The notes below the pieces were generated by a model that saw only the letters and a list, made by a program, of their open reading frames with translations, ran no database searches and was not told where the DNA came from. Below are positions 16,530 to 27,690 of a stretch of DNA of 64,000 nucleotides, in pieces. The translations under genes were made by a program, and so were the position numbers. The stretch is taken from contig CACFTO010000001.1 in NCBI GenBank assembly GCA_902569245.1, forward strand, positions 12,066 through 76,065. The letters run 5' to 3'. This stretch comes from an uncultured Pelagibacteraceae bacterium (GTDB lineage Bacteria > Pseudomonadota > Alphaproteobacteria > Pelagibacterales > Pelagibacteraceae). Numbering within the stretch: position 1 is the stretch's first letter; each line of letters starts with the position of its first letter.

Positions 16530-17285
16530 TCAAATCCTAACAGGTATTCCTTTTGAGTCCAAATATTCTTTAGCTTCTTTGACAGAATATTTACCATAGT
16601 GAAATATAGATGCTGCTAAAACTGCACTAGCATTGCCTAATTTGATGCCATCCACTAAGTGGCCAAGATCACCAACTCCTCCTGACGCTATTATTGGTAT
16701 GTTTACCATTGAAGAAATTTTATACATAAGATCAATGTCATAGCCCACCTGAGTACCATCTCTATCCATTGAGGTGACCAACAACTCACCTGCACCACTC
16801 TCTTCCATCTTCTTTGCAAACTCTAAAGCATCAATTCCTGTATTATTTCTACCTCCATGGGTAAAAACTTCCCATTTCTCTCCATTTTTCTTTGCATCAA
16901 TTGCAACGACGATACATTGAGAGCCAAATTTTTTTGAACTTTGAACTATAACATCAGCGTTTTGTACTGCTGCTGTATTAATTGAAACTTTATCAGCTCC
17001 ACAGTTTAAGAGTTTACTAATATCATCTATACTTCTTACTCCTCCACCAACAGTTAAAGGTACAAAACATTTTTTTGAAGTATCTTTCACTACTTCGTAA
17101 ATAGTATCTCTATTTTCATTTGAAGCTGTTATATCTAAAAAACAAATTTCATCAGCCCCACCATCGCTATAAATCTTAGCTTGCTCAACTGGATCACCTG
17201 CATCTTGTAAATCAACAAAGTTAATACCTTTTACAACTCTTCCATTTTTAACATCTAAACAGGGTATAATTCTACTTTTAAGCAT
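16530..17285 (-). CDS. hisF: Imidazole glycerol phosphate synthase cyclase subunit
   Basis: [28 protein letters not shown]. Confidence 0.97.
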   Translation of the reverse strand: MLKSRIIPCLDVKNGRVVKGINFVDLQDAGDPVEQAKIYSDGGADEICFLDITASNENRDTIYEVVKDTSKKCFVPLTVGGGVRSIDDISKLLNCGADKVSINTAAVQNADVIVQSSKKFGSQCIVVAIDAKKNGEKWEVFTHGGRNNTGIDALEFAKKMEESGAGELLVTSMDRDGTQVGYDIDLMYKISSMVNIPIIASGGVGDLGHLVDGIKLGNASAVLAASIFHYGKYSVKEAKEYLDSKGIPVRI

Positions 17286-18003
17286 CTATTTCCTTTGCAA
17301 GCTCATCTAATTTAATATCACCATCATATATAGCTTTACCAACGATAATTCCCTCAATTTTTTTATTTCCTAATTCTTTTGCTTTTTTAATATCATCTAT
17401 TGATGAAACACCTCCAGATATAATTACAGGACAGTTTGAATTATTGGCAACATTTTCTGTTTCATCGAAATTTGGACTTAACTTCATTCCATCTCTATTA
17501 ATATCGGTGTAAATTAATCTACTAGCTCCATAATTATTTATATCCTTTAAGAAATCTAAAGTTTTTAAATTAGAATTTTCCCTCCATCCAGATATGGATA
17601 AATAACCATCTTTAGCATCTAAACCCAAAGCAATCTTATCTGGAAATTTTTCGCATGCTTCTTTTAGAAAGTTTTTATCTATTATCGCAGCACTTCCTAA
17701 AATTACTTTCTCAACTCCAGCATCAACATATTTTTGAATACTTTCAAAAGTTCTTACTCCACCACCTATTTCAATATTAAGATCAAATTTGCCTACTATT
17801 TCCTCAATAATATTAATATTAACGGTCTCTCCGGTTAATGCTCCATCCAGATCAACTATGTGTAAATTTTTAAATCCGTGGTCTTTATATTTGCCAGATT
17901 GTTCAACTGGTGACATTTCATATTCGATTTTATTATCAAAGTCTCCTTTTACTAATCTAACACACTTCTTATCTTTAATGTCTATTGCAGGGAATATTTT
18001 CAT
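17278..18003 (-). CDS. hisA: ProFAR isomerase
   Basis: [28 protein letters not shown]. Confidence 0.96.
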   Translation of the reverse strand: MKIFPAIDIKDKKCVRLVKGDFDNKIEYEMSPVEQSGKYKDHGFKNLHIVDLDGALTGETVNINIIEEIVGKFDLNIEIGGGVRTFESIQKYVDAGVEKVILGSAAIIDKNFLKEACEKFPDKIALGLDAKDGYLSISGWRENSNLKTLDFLKDINNYGASRLIYTDINRDGMKLSPNFDETENVANNSNCPVIISGGVSSIDDIKKAKELGNKKIEGIIVGKAIYDGDIKLDELAKEIDA

Positions 18004-18022
18004 AAAATTATGTTCATTATTT

Positions 18023-18823
18023 TTAATTTATATTTGAAAAAACATAGTATGAGGTATTTTTAAAATAATAAGTTTGTTTATAATCTAAACTTTTAAAAAA
18101 TTCGTTTACTTTATTAAAATTAAAATCAAAAATTTCTATTAAAATTAAACATTTATTATTTCTTAAATTATTTATAAAACCTCTCAAAGTATATATTTCA
18201 TGACCCTCTACATCTATTTTGAAGCATAAGAATTTGTTTTTGAAATTAAGAATATTGTCTCCAACTTTTACAATAATATCCTTAATATCTATACTCTTCT
18301 TATTAAAATTCATCATATCATCCACGTCTTTTGAATTAATATTACTTTCTAAAATAGTTAAATTCGACTGAATATAGCCATTTTTAACTATAGCTTTTGT
18401 TTGAATTTTTTTTTCTATATCAGATAAACCAAATTTAAAAAGTTCTACATTTTTAAAAGAATTTTTATATAAGGTTTTTAAAAATTTGTTATAAGCATCT
18501 GCATTTGGTTCAAAAGAATTAATTTTTAGTTCTTTGAATTTATTTGCAAAATAAAAAGTATAATATCCAGAATTTGATCCTATATCAATTAAGTGAGAAA
18601 AAGAGTTTTTACTCATTTTTTTTTCTATGTAATTAACCTGATCATACTCATAATTTTTATATAAAATTATTTCTCTATCCATAGGATCTAAAAAATCCAA
18701 AAAAAAGTTTATATCTTTAATTTGATAATATTTTCTGCTTTTTTTTGTTACCCTATAATATCTTGTGAGAATTGATGGTATCAGTCTTTTTAATAAAGGG
18801 AACTTTATGAGTTTTTCAATCAT
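18023..18823 (-). CDS. FkbM family methyltransferase inserted in his operon
   Basis: DIGSNSGYY, SFEPN, KIDVEGHE. Confidence 0.85.
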   Translation of the reverse strand: MIEKLIKFPLLKRLIPSILTRYYRVTKKSRKYYQIKDINFFLDFLDPMDREIILYKNYEYDQVNYIEKKMSKNSFSHLIDIGSNSGYYTFYFANKFKELKINSFEPNADAYNKFLKTLYKNSFKNVELFKFGLSDIEKKIQTKAIVKNGYIQSNLTILESNINSKDVDDMMNFNKKSIDIKDIIVKVGDNILNFKNKFLCFKIDVEGHEIYTLRGFINNLRNNKCLILIEIFDFNFNKVNEFFKSLDYKQTYYFKNTSYYVFSNIN

Positions 18824-18828
18824 CTTAA

Positions 18829-18858
18829 TCAAATGTCTATGGTTAAGAATATTTTCAT
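18829..18858 (-). pseudogene. Remnant duplicate of hisA 5' end (MKIFLTIDI*)
   Basis: ATGAAAATATTCTTAACCATAGACATT vs hisA ATGAAAATATTCCCTGCAATAGACATT, 22/27 identical, 3 nt after the hisH stop. Confidence 0.7.
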
Positions 18859-18861
18859 TTT

Positions 18862-19488
18862 CTATATGTTAATAAAGTTATCAATTATTTTAAGTCCAGT
18901 TTTATCACTCTTTTCTGGGTGGAATTGTGTGCCAAAAATATTGTCTTTTTCAACAGCACACACAATTTTAGAAGAGTAATCGGTTGTTGCTGTAATTACT
19001 GATTTATCATCTGGTGTAAATTCATAGCTGTGAACAAAATACATATGAGATTTATTCATTATATCTTTAAAAAACTTATTATCCTTAACTATATTTATTT
19101 CGTTCCAGCCAATATGTGGAAGTTTAAATTTACCACCTTGGTTGTCAATTTTAGATACTTTGCCTGATATCCATCCCAAGCCTTTTGTTTCAATTTCCTC
19201 GTAGCCAATATCAGCGAACATTTGAAGACCAACACAAATTCCAAGGAGTGGTTTTTTACTTTCTAATGCAAGTTCATTAAGAGTATCAATTAAACCATTA
19301 ATACTATTGAGACCATCAATACAGCTTTTAAAGGAGCCTTGTCCAGGTAATACAACCTTATCACTAGCTTTTATTATTGCAAGATCTGACGTTACCTCAA
19401 TGTTTACTTTATCTTTTGCGACTTCTTTAAAAGAATTAATAACAGAACTTATATTGCCTGAATTGTAGTCAACAATTGTGACATTCAT
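18862..19488 (-). CDS. hisH: Imidazole glycerol phosphate synthase glutaminase subunit
   Basis: LPGQG, GICVGLQ, PHIGWN, YFVHSY, QFHPEKS. Confidence 0.96.
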   Translation of the reverse strand: MNVTIVDYNSGNISSVINSFKEVAKDKVNIEVTSDLAIIKASDKVVLPGQGSFKSCIDGLNSINGLIDTLNELALESKKPLLGICVGLQMFADIGYEEIETKGLGWISGKVSKIDNQGGKFKLPHIGWNEINIVKDNKFFKDIMNKSHMYFVHSYEFTPDDKSVITATTDYSSKIVCAVEKDNIFGTQFHPEKSDKTGLKIIDNFINI

Positions 19489-19493
19489 TAAAT

Positions 19494-20084
19494 TTATAAA
19501 GAACCTTTTGTAGAAGGTATTGTAGTTTTATTTCTTGGATCCATTTCTAAAGCAGCTCTTAATGATCTAGCTAATCCTTTAAAGCAAGATTCGATTATGT
19601 GGTGGCTGTTATCACCATAAATATTTTCAACGTGCAGAGTAATTCCCGCAGCTTGTGAAAAGGCCTGGAACCACTCTTTAAATAGTTCTGTATCCATCTC
19701 ACCTAACTTTTCTACTTTCAATTTTACTTTCCAAATTAAATAAGGTCTATTTGAAACATCGATTGCAACTCTAGTTAATGTTTCATCCATCGGTATCATC
19801 GCATGTGCATATCTTTTAATACCAATAAATTTTTTAGATGCTTTTTTCAAACATTCACCAATTGCAATTCCTGTATCTTCAGTTGTGTGATGAAGATCAA
19901 TGTGCGTATCACCTTTAGCTTTAATATTCATATCCATCGAAGAGTGTTTCGATAATTGCTCAAGCATGTGATCTAAAAATCCTATACCTGTGTCAACTTT
20001 GTACTTACCCTTACCATCAATATTTAAATCAACACTGATGTTGGTCTCTTTTGTTTTTCTACTTATTTTGGCTTTACGTTTCAT
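19494..20084 (-). CDS. hisB: Imidazoleglycerol-phosphate dehydratase
   Basis: [29 protein letters not shown]. Confidence 0.96.
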   Translation of the reverse strand: MKRKAKISRKTKETNISVDLNIDGKGKYKVDTGIGFLDHMLEQLSKHSSMDMNIKAKGDTHIDLHHTTEDTGIAIGECLKKASKKFIGIKRYAHAMIPMDETLTRVAIDVSNRPYLIWKVKLKVEKLGEMDTELFKEWFQAFSQAAGITLHVENIYGDNSHHIIESCFKGLARSLRAALEMDPRNKTTIPSTKGSL

Positions 20085-20140
20085 AATTTGAAAAAGGTAT
20101 ATATCTATTATTCAATTATGGCAATAATTCTAGCCTTGGT

Positions 20141-20169
20141 CTTGAACTATTGTATTTAGTATCCATCTA
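20141..20169 (+). promoter_or_regulatory. Putative RpoH (sigma32) promoter of hslVU
   Basis: CTTGAA-16 nt-CCATCTA upstream of hslV. Confidence 0.6.
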
Positions 20170-20175
20170 TATCCC

Positions 20176-20691
20176 ATGACAACAATAGTATTAGTAAGAA
20201 AAAACAATGAAGTAGTAGTTGCTGGTGATGGCCAAGTTAGTATGGGAAATACAGTAATTAAGAAAACTGCAAATAAAGTTCGTAAGATTGAGAAAAGAAA
20301 TGTGATTGCAGGATTTGCCGGATCTACTGCAGATGCTTTAACATTATTTGAGAGATTAGAGTCTAAGTTAGAAAAACATGCTGGAAATCTAGCTAGAGCA
20401 GCTGTCGAATTAGCTAAAGATTGGCGAACAGATAAGTATTTAAGAAGATTAGAAGCCTTAATGGCTGTTGGTGATAAAGAAAATAGTTTTATTATTTCAG
20501 GAACTGGTGATGTTTTAGAGCCTGAAGGTGATGTCATTGGAATAGGATCAGGTGGAAATTATGCATTGGCTTCAGCAAAAGTATTGATGGACACAGATTT
20601 ATCTGCAGAAGAAGTTGCAAAAAAAGCAATTAAAGTTGCATCTGAAATATGTGTTTTCACAAATGATAATTGCAATATAGAGAAAATTTAA
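20176..20691 (+). CDS. hslV: ATP-dependent protease subunit HslV
   Basis: N-terminal [28 protein letters not shown]. Confidence 0.97.
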   Translation: MTTIVLVRKNNEVVVAGDGQVSMGNTVIKKTANKVRKIEKRNVIAGFAGSTADALTLFERLESKLEKHAGNLARAAVELAKDWRTDKYLRRLEALMAVGDKENSFIISGTGDVLEPEGDVIGIGSGGNYALASAKVLMDTDLSAEEVAKKAIKVASEICVFTNDNCNIEKI

Positions 20692-22062
20692 ATGGAAAAA
20701 TCAAACGTTACAACACTACCAAACGCTAAAGTAAAAGAAAAAAAAAATAATATTCAAAATTCATTATCTCCAAGAGAAATAGTTTCTGAATTAGATAGAT
20801 TTGTTGTTGGGCAAAATAATGCCAAAAGAGCTGTTGCAATTGCATTGAGAAATAGATGGAGAAGACAAGCTTTAGAAGGCGACATGAAAGACGAAGTTCT
20901 TCCAAAAAATATTTTAATGATGGGACCAACTGGTGTCGGTAAAACAGAAATATCTAGAAGATTATCAAAACTTGCTGAAGCACCATTTGTAAAAGTTGAA
21001 GCAACAAGATTTACTGAAGTAGGTTATGTTGGAAGAGATGTAGAACAAATAATAAGAGATCTTTTAGAAATTGCTATTGCGATGGAAAAAGTGAAAAAAA
21101 GAAAAGAAGTTCACGCAAAAGCACAAAAATTAGCAGAAGATAGAGTTCTTGATGCAATTGTAGGTAACAAAGCAAGTGTAGCAACAAGAGAGAGTTTTAG
21201 GAAAAGATTGAGAGATGGTGATTTGGATGACAATGAGATTGAAATAGCTGTAACAGAGAGTGGTGGTGGAATGCCTTCATTCGAAATTCCTGGTATGCCT
21301 GGTGCTAATGTTGGAATGATTAACATTTCTGACATGCTTGGAAAATCTATGAGCCAAAAAGCCAAAAAGAAAAAAATGTCAGTAAAAGAATCTCATGAAA
21401 TATTATTAAATGAGGAGGCTGATAAATTAATCGAACAAGACAAAATTATTAAATCTGCAAAAAACACAACTGAGAACAATGGTATTGTATTCTTGGATGA
21501 AATAGATAAAATTTCAGCAAGAACTGATAGAGTTGGTGGAGATGTATCAAGAGAAGGTGTTCAAAGAGATTTACTTCCATTAATAGAAGGAACAACTGTA
21601 AGTACTAAGTACGGTCCAATTAAAACAGATCATATATTGTTTATAGCTTCTGGTGCCTTCCAATTAGCAAAACCGTCAGATCTTTTACCTGAGCTTCAAG
21701 GACGACTGCCAATTAGAGTTGAGTTAGATGCATTGAATAGTGAAGATTTTAAGCGAATTCTAAAAGAGCCAGACAATAGCTTGATTAAGCAATACAAAGC
21801 TTTGCTTAAAACAGAAAATGTTGACTTAGAATTCACCGAGGATGGAATTGATACTATCGCAACAATCGCTAGTGAAGTGAATACGACTGTCGAAAACATT
21901 GGAGCTAGAAGATTGCACACAATTATAGAAAGAGTTTTAGATGAAATTAGTTTTACAGCAACAGACAGAGCTGGAGAAAAAATTAGTATAGATTCAGATT
22001 ATATTAAGAAAAATATTGGTGAACTAGTCAAAGACGCAGATCTATCAAAATTTATTTTATAA
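20692..22062 (+). CDS. hslU: ATP-dependent protease ATPase HslU
   Basis: [27 protein letters not shown]. Confidence 0.97.
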   Translation: MEKSNVTTLPNAKVKEKKNNIQNSLSPREIVSELDRFVVGQNNAKRAVAIALRNRWRRQALEGDMKDEVLPKNILMMGPTGVGKTEISRRLSKLAEAPFVKVEATRFTEVGYVGRDVEQIIRDLLEIAIAMEKVKKRKEVHAKAQKLAEDRVLDAIVGNKASVATRESFRKRLRDGDLDDNEIEIAVTESGGGMPSFEIPGMPGANVGMINISDMLGKSMSQKAKKKKMSVKESHEILLNEEADKLIEQDKIIKSAKNTTENNGIVFLDEIDKISARTDRVGGDVSREGVQRDLLPLIEGTTVSTKYGPIKTDHILFIASGAFQLAKPSDLLPELQGRLPIRVELDALNSEDFKRILKEPDNSLIKQYKALLKTENVDLEFTEDGIDTIATIASEVNTTVENIGARRLHTIIERVLDEISFTATDRAGEKISIDSDYIKKNIGELVKDADLSKFIL

Positions 22063-22065
22063 TTT

Positions 22066-22482
22066 TTATTTTTTTTTTCTTAAATAAATATCAAAATTGC
22101 CTACAGATGGATTTTCAACAGCCTCAAAATCAATACTTATAATTTTACTCATTAAATGATCACTACCTTTAATAAAATTAGGTACTGAGTGTTTTAATAT
22201 ACTCAAATCATTAGATTGATATGGATCATTTAAATTTTTAGATCTTAGACCCTTCCCTGTAATAACATTAATTTTATTAACTCCATTAATAAAACATTCT
22301 TCTATGTAGGAAGTCATCTTTTGATTTGCCTCCTCTAAGGTATAACCATGCAAATCAATGGATTTTTCAATATATCTTTTTGGTGATGAAGAAATTTTTT
22401 GATCTTTATTTTCTAGTTTATCAGTACTATTTAAAAAATCTTGCCAGTCTTGTTTATCTTTATCTGATATTTTTTTATTCAA
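22066..22482 (-). CDS. Smr/MutS2 C-terminal domain protein
   Basis: IDLHG...VITGKG. Confidence 0.85.
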   Translation of the reverse strand: MNKKISDKDKQDWQDFLNSTDKLENKDQKISSSPKRYIEKSIDLHGYTLEEANQKMTSYIEECFINGVNKINVITGKGLRSKNLNDPYQSNDLSILKHSVPNFIKGSDHLMSKIISIDFEAVENPSVGNFDIYLRKKK

Positions 22483-23073
22483 CTAAGCCTGGGTGTCCAC
22501 TATTAGCCAGTTAGGATTTTTAGATGTACTATCTTTTGTAAATTTCCAAGTATCTAAAACTTTTTTAACTTTTTGAGCATCACCAGATACAACTTTATTA
22601 TCTTTATCTTTAATGCAAGATATAATTTCACTTACAAATTCAACGCTTACCTCAAGCATATTTTTATTTTGATTATGCTCTTTTATTTCTGCAGAATTAA
22701 TACCGATGAAAGTGGTTTCAGAAGTTACATTTCTTGCCTTTTTGTCTTTGATGGCTTCATCAAATTGATCATATACATTTTTTGCTAAAAGATTTTTAAT
22801 TGATTTTAAATCTCCTTTAGAAAAGCTTGTAATAATGCTTTCATAAGCGATCTTCGCACCGTTTAGAAAATCTTTTTTTGCTTTATCATCAAAAGTTTCA
22901 GCATTAAGAATAGGAGAAGCTTTAGTCTCTTTAACTTCTTCGTGAGGAAAGCTTGAATTAATATTTTTCTCAAAACCTGTTTTTTTACCCAAAATTCCTC
23001 TTAATCTAAGGAAAATGAAACCAGCAATCATTGCTAGTAATATTATATCAATGTACTCGAAGCTATAACTCAT
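22483..23073 (-). CDS. Tim44/TimA family protein
   Basis: LRLRGILGKKTGFE, FLNGAKIAYESI, DTWKF...PNW. Confidence 0.85.
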   Translation of the reverse strand: MSYSFEYIDIILLAMIAGFIFLRLRGILGKKTGFEKNINSSFPHEEVKETKASPILNAETFDDKAKKDFLNGAKIAYESIITSFSKGDLKSIKNLLAKNVYDQFDEAIKDKKARNVTSETTFIGINSAEIKEHNQNKNMLEVSVEFVSEIISCIKDKDNKVVSGDAQKVKKVLDTWKFTKDSTSKNPNWLIVDTQA

Positions 23074-23131
23074 ATAGTAATAATATTTACTATGTTGATT
23101 AATTTCAACCTGCAATTTACATTATAGACAA

Positions 23132-23545
23132 ATGAACACAGCAATAATTCTAATTTTAGGTATTCCTCTAATTGAAATCTACTTATTCATAAAAGTTGGG
23201 TCTCAAATTGGAGCTTTAAACACCATTTTGTTAATATTAGCTACTGCAGTTGTTGGTATTTGGTATGCAAGGTATGAGGGTTTTAATACTTTAAAATCAG
23301 GAATGTCTCAACTAGTGAAGAACGAACTACCCCTATATGAGATGGTTTCCGGGGCAGCAATTGCTTTTGCAGCTTTACTATTAATTTTACCTGGATTTGC
23401 TACAGACATAATAGGTATACTTTTAGTTTTTCCAATAACTAGAAAAGTAATTCTAAGGAAGTTTTCAAAAAAAAATTCATCCAAAAAGGAAAAAAATTTT
23501 ATTGAAGGTGAATATGAGGATATAGAGGATAAAGATGGAAAATAA
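23132..23545 (+). CDS. fxsA: FxsA family membrane protein
   Basis: PLIEIYLFIKVG, LLILPGFATD. Confidence 0.88.
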   Translation: MNTAIILILGIPLIEIYLFIKVGSQIGALNTILLILATAVVGIWYARYEGFNTLKSGMSQLVKNELPLYEMVSGAAIAFAALLLILPGFATDIIGILLVFPITRKVILRKFSKKNSSKKEKNFIEGEYEDIEDKDGK

Positions 23546-23957
23546 ATATAAAATTATTGTAAGTTACATACAAGATTTATCAGTTGAGATACCTAGCCCA
23601 GAAACTTTGGTAACAGTAAGAAATACTATCCCAGAATATAAAATGAAAGTTAATATAAACTCAAAACCTCTTAAAAGAAAAATGATTGAAGTTTTAACAA
23701 CTCTAACTTACGAAAATGAAAATAAAAAAAAGGCAAAAGGAATTTTTCAAATCAAGTATGCTACTGTAATAGATATTTTAGACTTAGAAATTAAAAAAGA
23801 TGAATTAGAAAAAATTGTTTTATGTGATTTACAAATTAAAATTTACCCTGAACTAGAGAAAAAATTTCTTACAATTCTAAGTGAGGCAGGTTTACCAGAT
23901 TTAAAATTTGGGAAAAAAATAGATTTCGAAAGCCTATACAAAGCAAGGCTAAATTAA
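23535..23957 (+). CDS. secB: Protein-export chaperone SecB (divergent)
   Basis: YIQDLSVEIP, IDFESLY; conserved fxsA-secB-dnaQ context. Confidence 0.75.
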   Translation: MENKYKIIVSYIQDLSVEIPSPETLVTVRNTIPEYKMKVNINSKPLKRKMIEVLTTLTYENENKKKAKGIFQIKYATVIDILDLEIKKDELEKIVLCDLQIKIYPELEKKFLTILSEAGLPDLKFGKKIDFESLYKARLN

Positions 23958-24619
23958 AAATAATTTTTTTTAAAATTTTTTTTTAAGAAATTCTTATGGT
24001 TTAATAATTCCTTCTGAGTAGGTTTAATCACTTTTTTAAAATAATCCAATTCACTCTTTCTTGCTTGAGATTTGTAAATACTTTCATCAACCAAATTTAA
24101 GGTTGGTTCTTTTTGATCAATCAAATTTATATAAACTTTTGCAAGTAAATCACAATCAATTAAAGCAGTATGTTTTTCCCTTTTAGAATTATCAATTCTA
24201 AATCTTTTACATAATGCATCTAAACTTATTCCTGAACCTGGGAATTTATTCCTAGCTAATTCCAAAGTATCAATAACATTCGAATTATTTATTTTTGGCT
24301 TACCTATTAAAGACAATTCATTATTTAAATGTCCAATATCAAACTCTGCATTATGAATAATAATTTTTTTATCTTTAATAAAATTTATAAAATCATCTGC
24401 AATTTCAGAAAATTTTTGCTTGGAAGATAAAAATTCATCTGAGTATCCATGAACTTCAAACGCCTTTTCTGATACTTTTCTTTCAGGATTTAAATAAAAA
24501 TGAAATATATTTTTTGTGGGTATTAAATTATCAAGTTCAATACATCCAATTTCAACAATCCTATGACCATCTCGAACAGATAAACCAGTTGTTTCAGTAT
24601 CTAGAACTATTTCTTTCAT
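23954..24619 (-). CDS. dnaQ: DNA polymerase III epsilon subunit
   Basis: LDTETTG, HNAEFD, SLDALC, H.ALID. Confidence 0.95.
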   Translation of the reverse strand: MKEIVLDTETTGLSVRDGHRIVEIGCIELDNLIPTKNIFHFYLNPERKVSEKAFEVHGYSDEFLSSKQKFSEIADDFINFIKDKKIIIHNAEFDIGHLNNELSLIGKPKINNSNVIDTLELARNKFPGSGISLDALCKRFRIDNSKREKHTALIDCDLLAKVYINLIDQKEPTLNLVDESIYKSQARKSELDYFKKVIKPTQKELLNHKNFLKKNFKKNYF

Positions 24620-25187
24620 TCAAAATTTCTTCTTTAATTAGTTTAACTTTTTTTTTCATTATATGTGCAGAAAAATTATTATTAATAACATAGTCAGATA
24701 ATTTTTTTTTTTTAGAAATGATAAGTTGATTTTCTTTTAAACTCCTGATCAATTTTTCATTAAAATTAGGTCTTTTTTTTAATCTATCAATGACTTTAGA
24801 CTTTTTAGAGTTAATAAAAATTATTATGTCATTTTTTTTATTTAGTTTATTTTCAATTAACAAGGGAATATCGAGAATAATCATTTCACTCTTTTTGTTT
24901 TTCATTATGAAACTTTTCATTTTTTTTCTTACTAATGGATGAACAACAGAAGATATTATTTTAATATTTTTTTTATTTGAGCTAACAGCTGATATAAGCT
25001 CTCTTTTTCTAATTGGAAATGTTTTAATAAATTTTGGTAATTTTTTTCTTAATTTGGTGTAGCATTTTTTATTTTTTCTATAAATTAATTTTACTTCAAG
25101 ATCTGCATTAAATACTGGGTATCCAAAAAGCTTTGAAATAAAAGATTTTCCTGAACCTATACCGCCAATTATTCCAACTCTAATCAT
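24594..25187 (-). CDS. coaE: Dephospho-CoA kinase
   Basis: GGIGSGKS, VHPLV, DIPLL.E. Confidence 0.9.
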   Translation of the reverse strand: MIRVGIIGGIGSGKSFISKLFGYPVFNADLEVKLIYRKNKKCYTKLRKKLPKFIKTFPIRKRELISAVSSNKKNIKIISSVVHPLVRKKMKSFIMKNKKSEMIILDIPLLIENKLNKKNDIIIFINSKKSKVIDRLKKRPNFNEKLIRSLKENQLIISKKKKLSDYVINNNFSAHIMKKKVKLIKEEILNERNSSRY

Positions 25188-25210
25188 TTTTAATTTTAAA
25201 TCTCATAATT

Positions 25211-26005
25211 TCATTTTTTTAGAAATTCAATTAATTCTTTGTTAATTTCAGGTTCAACATTATGCCAAATATTGAAAGCTTGTTGGCCCTGAAATAAAAA
25301 CATATTTAAACCATTTTCAATTGAATTACCCTTTACATTTCCTGCCTCTGAAAACTCTGTTTGAAATGGTGAGTATATAACATCATAAAAAAGCTTATTT
25401 TGACCAGTCTGAGAAAAGTCTATGTTAAATTTATCTGAGTTATTTAAACCTAAAGTAGTAGCATTTATTATCATATCAAACTTTGGTAGATCACCCCATT
25501 CCAGAATATTAATCTCGTTGAATAAATTTTTTAAATTTTCAGCCTTTTTTTTAGTTCTATTACTCAAAAATATTTTTGATACTTTCATCCTTAACAATGA
25601 AAAAATTATTGACGGCACAACACCACCAGCACCTAATATAAGAATTGTCTTGTCACTAACATCATAATTCAATTTTCTAATACTTAATTCAAACCCATTA
25701 ATGTCAGTGTTATCTCCAATTAAATGACCTTTATTCAACGAGATAGTATTTACAGACTGTGTTCTTAATGCATTACTACTTAAAATATCCAGGTGAGGTA
25801 TTATAGATTTTTTAAAAGGAACAGTAACATTTAAACCATCCAAATCTCCCTTTTTGATAGATTTGCATAGTTCAGACAAATCATTGTCATAGGTTTCCAG
25901 TTTCCCATAGATTGCATCTAAACTATTTTTTTTTATCCAATAATTATGCAACTTTGGAGATAAAGAATGTTCAATTGGATTACCTATTACTAAAAATTTT
26001 TTCAC
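25211..26005 (-). CDS. aroE: Shikimate dehydrogenase
   Basis: HSLSPKLHN, NVTVPFK, NTD..GF, GAGG. Confidence 0.94.
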   Translation of the reverse strand: MKKFLVIGNPIEHSLSPKLHNYWIKKNSLDAIYGKLETYDNDLSELCKSIKKGDLDGLNVTVPFKKSIIPHLDILSSNALRTQSVNTISLNKGHLIGDNTDINGFELSIRKLNYDVSDKTILILGAGGVVPSIIFSLLRMKVSKIFLSNRTKKKAENLKNLFNEINILEWGDLPKFDMIINATTLGLNNSDKFNIDFSQTGQNKLFYDVIYSPFQTEFSEAGNVKGNSIENGLNMFLFQGQQAFNIWHNVEPEINKELIEFLKK

Positions 26006-26586
26006 TTTTGAAGTTCCAAATATTCCTTAATTTTTTTGATAGGCAAGCCCATTATAGTATCTTCATCTCCATCAATATTTGAGAATAAGGCTCTTCCTTC
26101 TCCTTCAATTTGATAAACATTATAAGCATATAAAGCTTCATCACTTATTTTATTTAGATAAGTAGTTAATTCATTTTCAGAAAAATCCTTCATGGTCAAG
26201 TAAGCTTTGTCAGTATAGTTCCAAACCATAGATCCATTTTTAGATATACAAACTGAACTGATCAAAGAATGTTTTTTTCCATTGAGTTTCTTTAAAATAT
26301 TTAAAGCCTCTTCTCTACTTTCTGGTTTTGAGATCAATTCTCCAGTTAAATCGATGACGCTATCTGCTCCTAATACTAGAGTATTGTTAATTTTTTGACT
26401 TACCTTGTTTGCTTTTAATTCTGCTAGATTCTTAGAAATAATTTCTGGTGAAGCTCCTTCCTTTAATAAACTTTCTTTTATAGGGTCTTCATCTACATTT
26501 GAGGCTTCAACCTTACTGTTAATATTATGATTATCTAGTATTTCTTTTCTAACTTTACTTTTTGAAGCTAAAATTATGTTAGGCAT
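26002..26586 (-). CDS. maf: Maf family nucleoside triphosphate pyrophosphatase
   Basis: ILASKS..R, LGADS, SKP, IMGLP. Confidence 0.9.
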   Translation of the reverse strand: MPNIILASKSKVRKEILDNHNINSKVEASNVDEDPIKESLLKEGASPEIISKNLAELKANKVSQKINNTLVLGADSVIDLTGELISKPESREEALNILKKLNGKKHSLISSVCISKNGSMVWNYTDKAYLTMKDFSENELTTYLNKISDEALYAYNVYQIEGEGRALFSNIDGDEDTIMGLPIKKIKEYLELQK

Positions 26587-27406
26587 TTTTTTTATTCTTT
26601 ATTTCAAAAATTTTTATCACCGACGCAGCAGTTTCTTCAACCGATTTTCTTGTTACATCTATCGTTGGCCAATTATTCTCTTTGAATAGTTTTCTAGCAC
26701 TATTTAGTTCATCTTTAATCTTATCAATATTTACATATTCACTATTTTGATCTTCCTTTAATAAATTCAATCTATTTTTTCTTAAATCATATAATCTCTC
26801 TGCTTCTGTAACTAAACCAACAACGCACGGTTTAAAATTTTTTTCAGTAACTTTAGATGGTATAGAATTTTTATTTACTAGTGGAATATTTGAAGTTTTA
26901 AAACCTCTATTAGCTAGATAAATGGAAGTGGGCGTTTTACTAGTTCTACTTACACCTAATAAAATAATATCTGATTTCTCTATATCTTCGGTTTGATTAC
27001 CATCATCATGGTTCATCGTAAATTGAATAGCTTCTATTCTATCATAATATTCTTCATTTAAAATATGCTGTCCACTTGGCTGATGAGAGGCTTTTTGATT
27101 TAAGACCTTAGAAAAATTTAAAATCAAGTCTCCAAGAACTCCAAAACAAGGTATATTTCTTTCGAAGGCTTTTTCTGTAAGATATTTTGCTAATTTACTG
27201 TTAACAATAGTATATAAAATAATTGAATTTTTATCTTTTTTTGCTTGTTTTAATATAGCTAGAGTTTGGCTTTCGGTACGAGTAAAAGAAAAATGATTTG
27301 TCTCGTATTCGAAATTAGGAAACTGCGCTTTCAAAGCAAGAAAAATTCTATCAAGTGTTTCGCCGGTGGAGTCTGATATTAAGTATATTTGATATAAATT
27401 TCTCAT
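26579..27406 (-). CDS. Pyruvate, water/phosphate dikinase regulatory protein (DUF299 kinase/pyrophosphorylase)
   Basis: ISDSTGET, HDDG, GVSRTSKTP, SVEETA. Confidence 0.92.
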   Translation of the reverse strand: MRNLYQIYLISDSTGETLDRIFLALKAQFPNFEYETNHFSFTRTESQTLAILKQAKKDKNSIILYTIVNSKLAKYLTEKAFERNIPCFGVLGDLILNFSKVLNQKASHQPSGQHILNEEYYDRIEAIQFTMNHDDGNQTEDIEKSDIILLGVSRTSKTPTSIYLANRGFKTSNIPLVNKNSIPSKVTEKNFKPCVVGLVTEAERLYDLRKNRLNLLKEDQNSEYVNIDKIKDELNSARKLFKENNWPTIDVTRKSVEETAASVIKIFEIKNKKNA

Positions 27407-27690
27407 GTATAAAGTGTTTATAATCTATAAGTAAAATAAGAAAAATTCAGATTTATCCTTCTGAATAATAATAGTTAGTTTTTTTTCCATAAAATTAACT
27501 AAATTGTAAAATGTTAACAAACTTATACATAATATACATAAAATATGAGAAATCTTAATTAATCCTTATTAAATAAAGCTAAATAGAGATCTAAATTCTT
27601 AATAAAAAGTTAACAAACTGTGATAATTGACTAATTTACGTTATCCACAATACATAATACTAATAAAGTAAATAATATATATCTATTTAT
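27407..27690. other. Predicted chromosomal replication origin oriC
   Basis: AT-rich 284-bp intergenic region between DUF299 gene and hemE (the Caulobacter/Rickettsia-type oriC position); perfect DnaA box TTATCCACA at 27641-27649, near-box TTATACATA at 27523; parS/parAB about 10 kb away. Confidence 0.8.
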
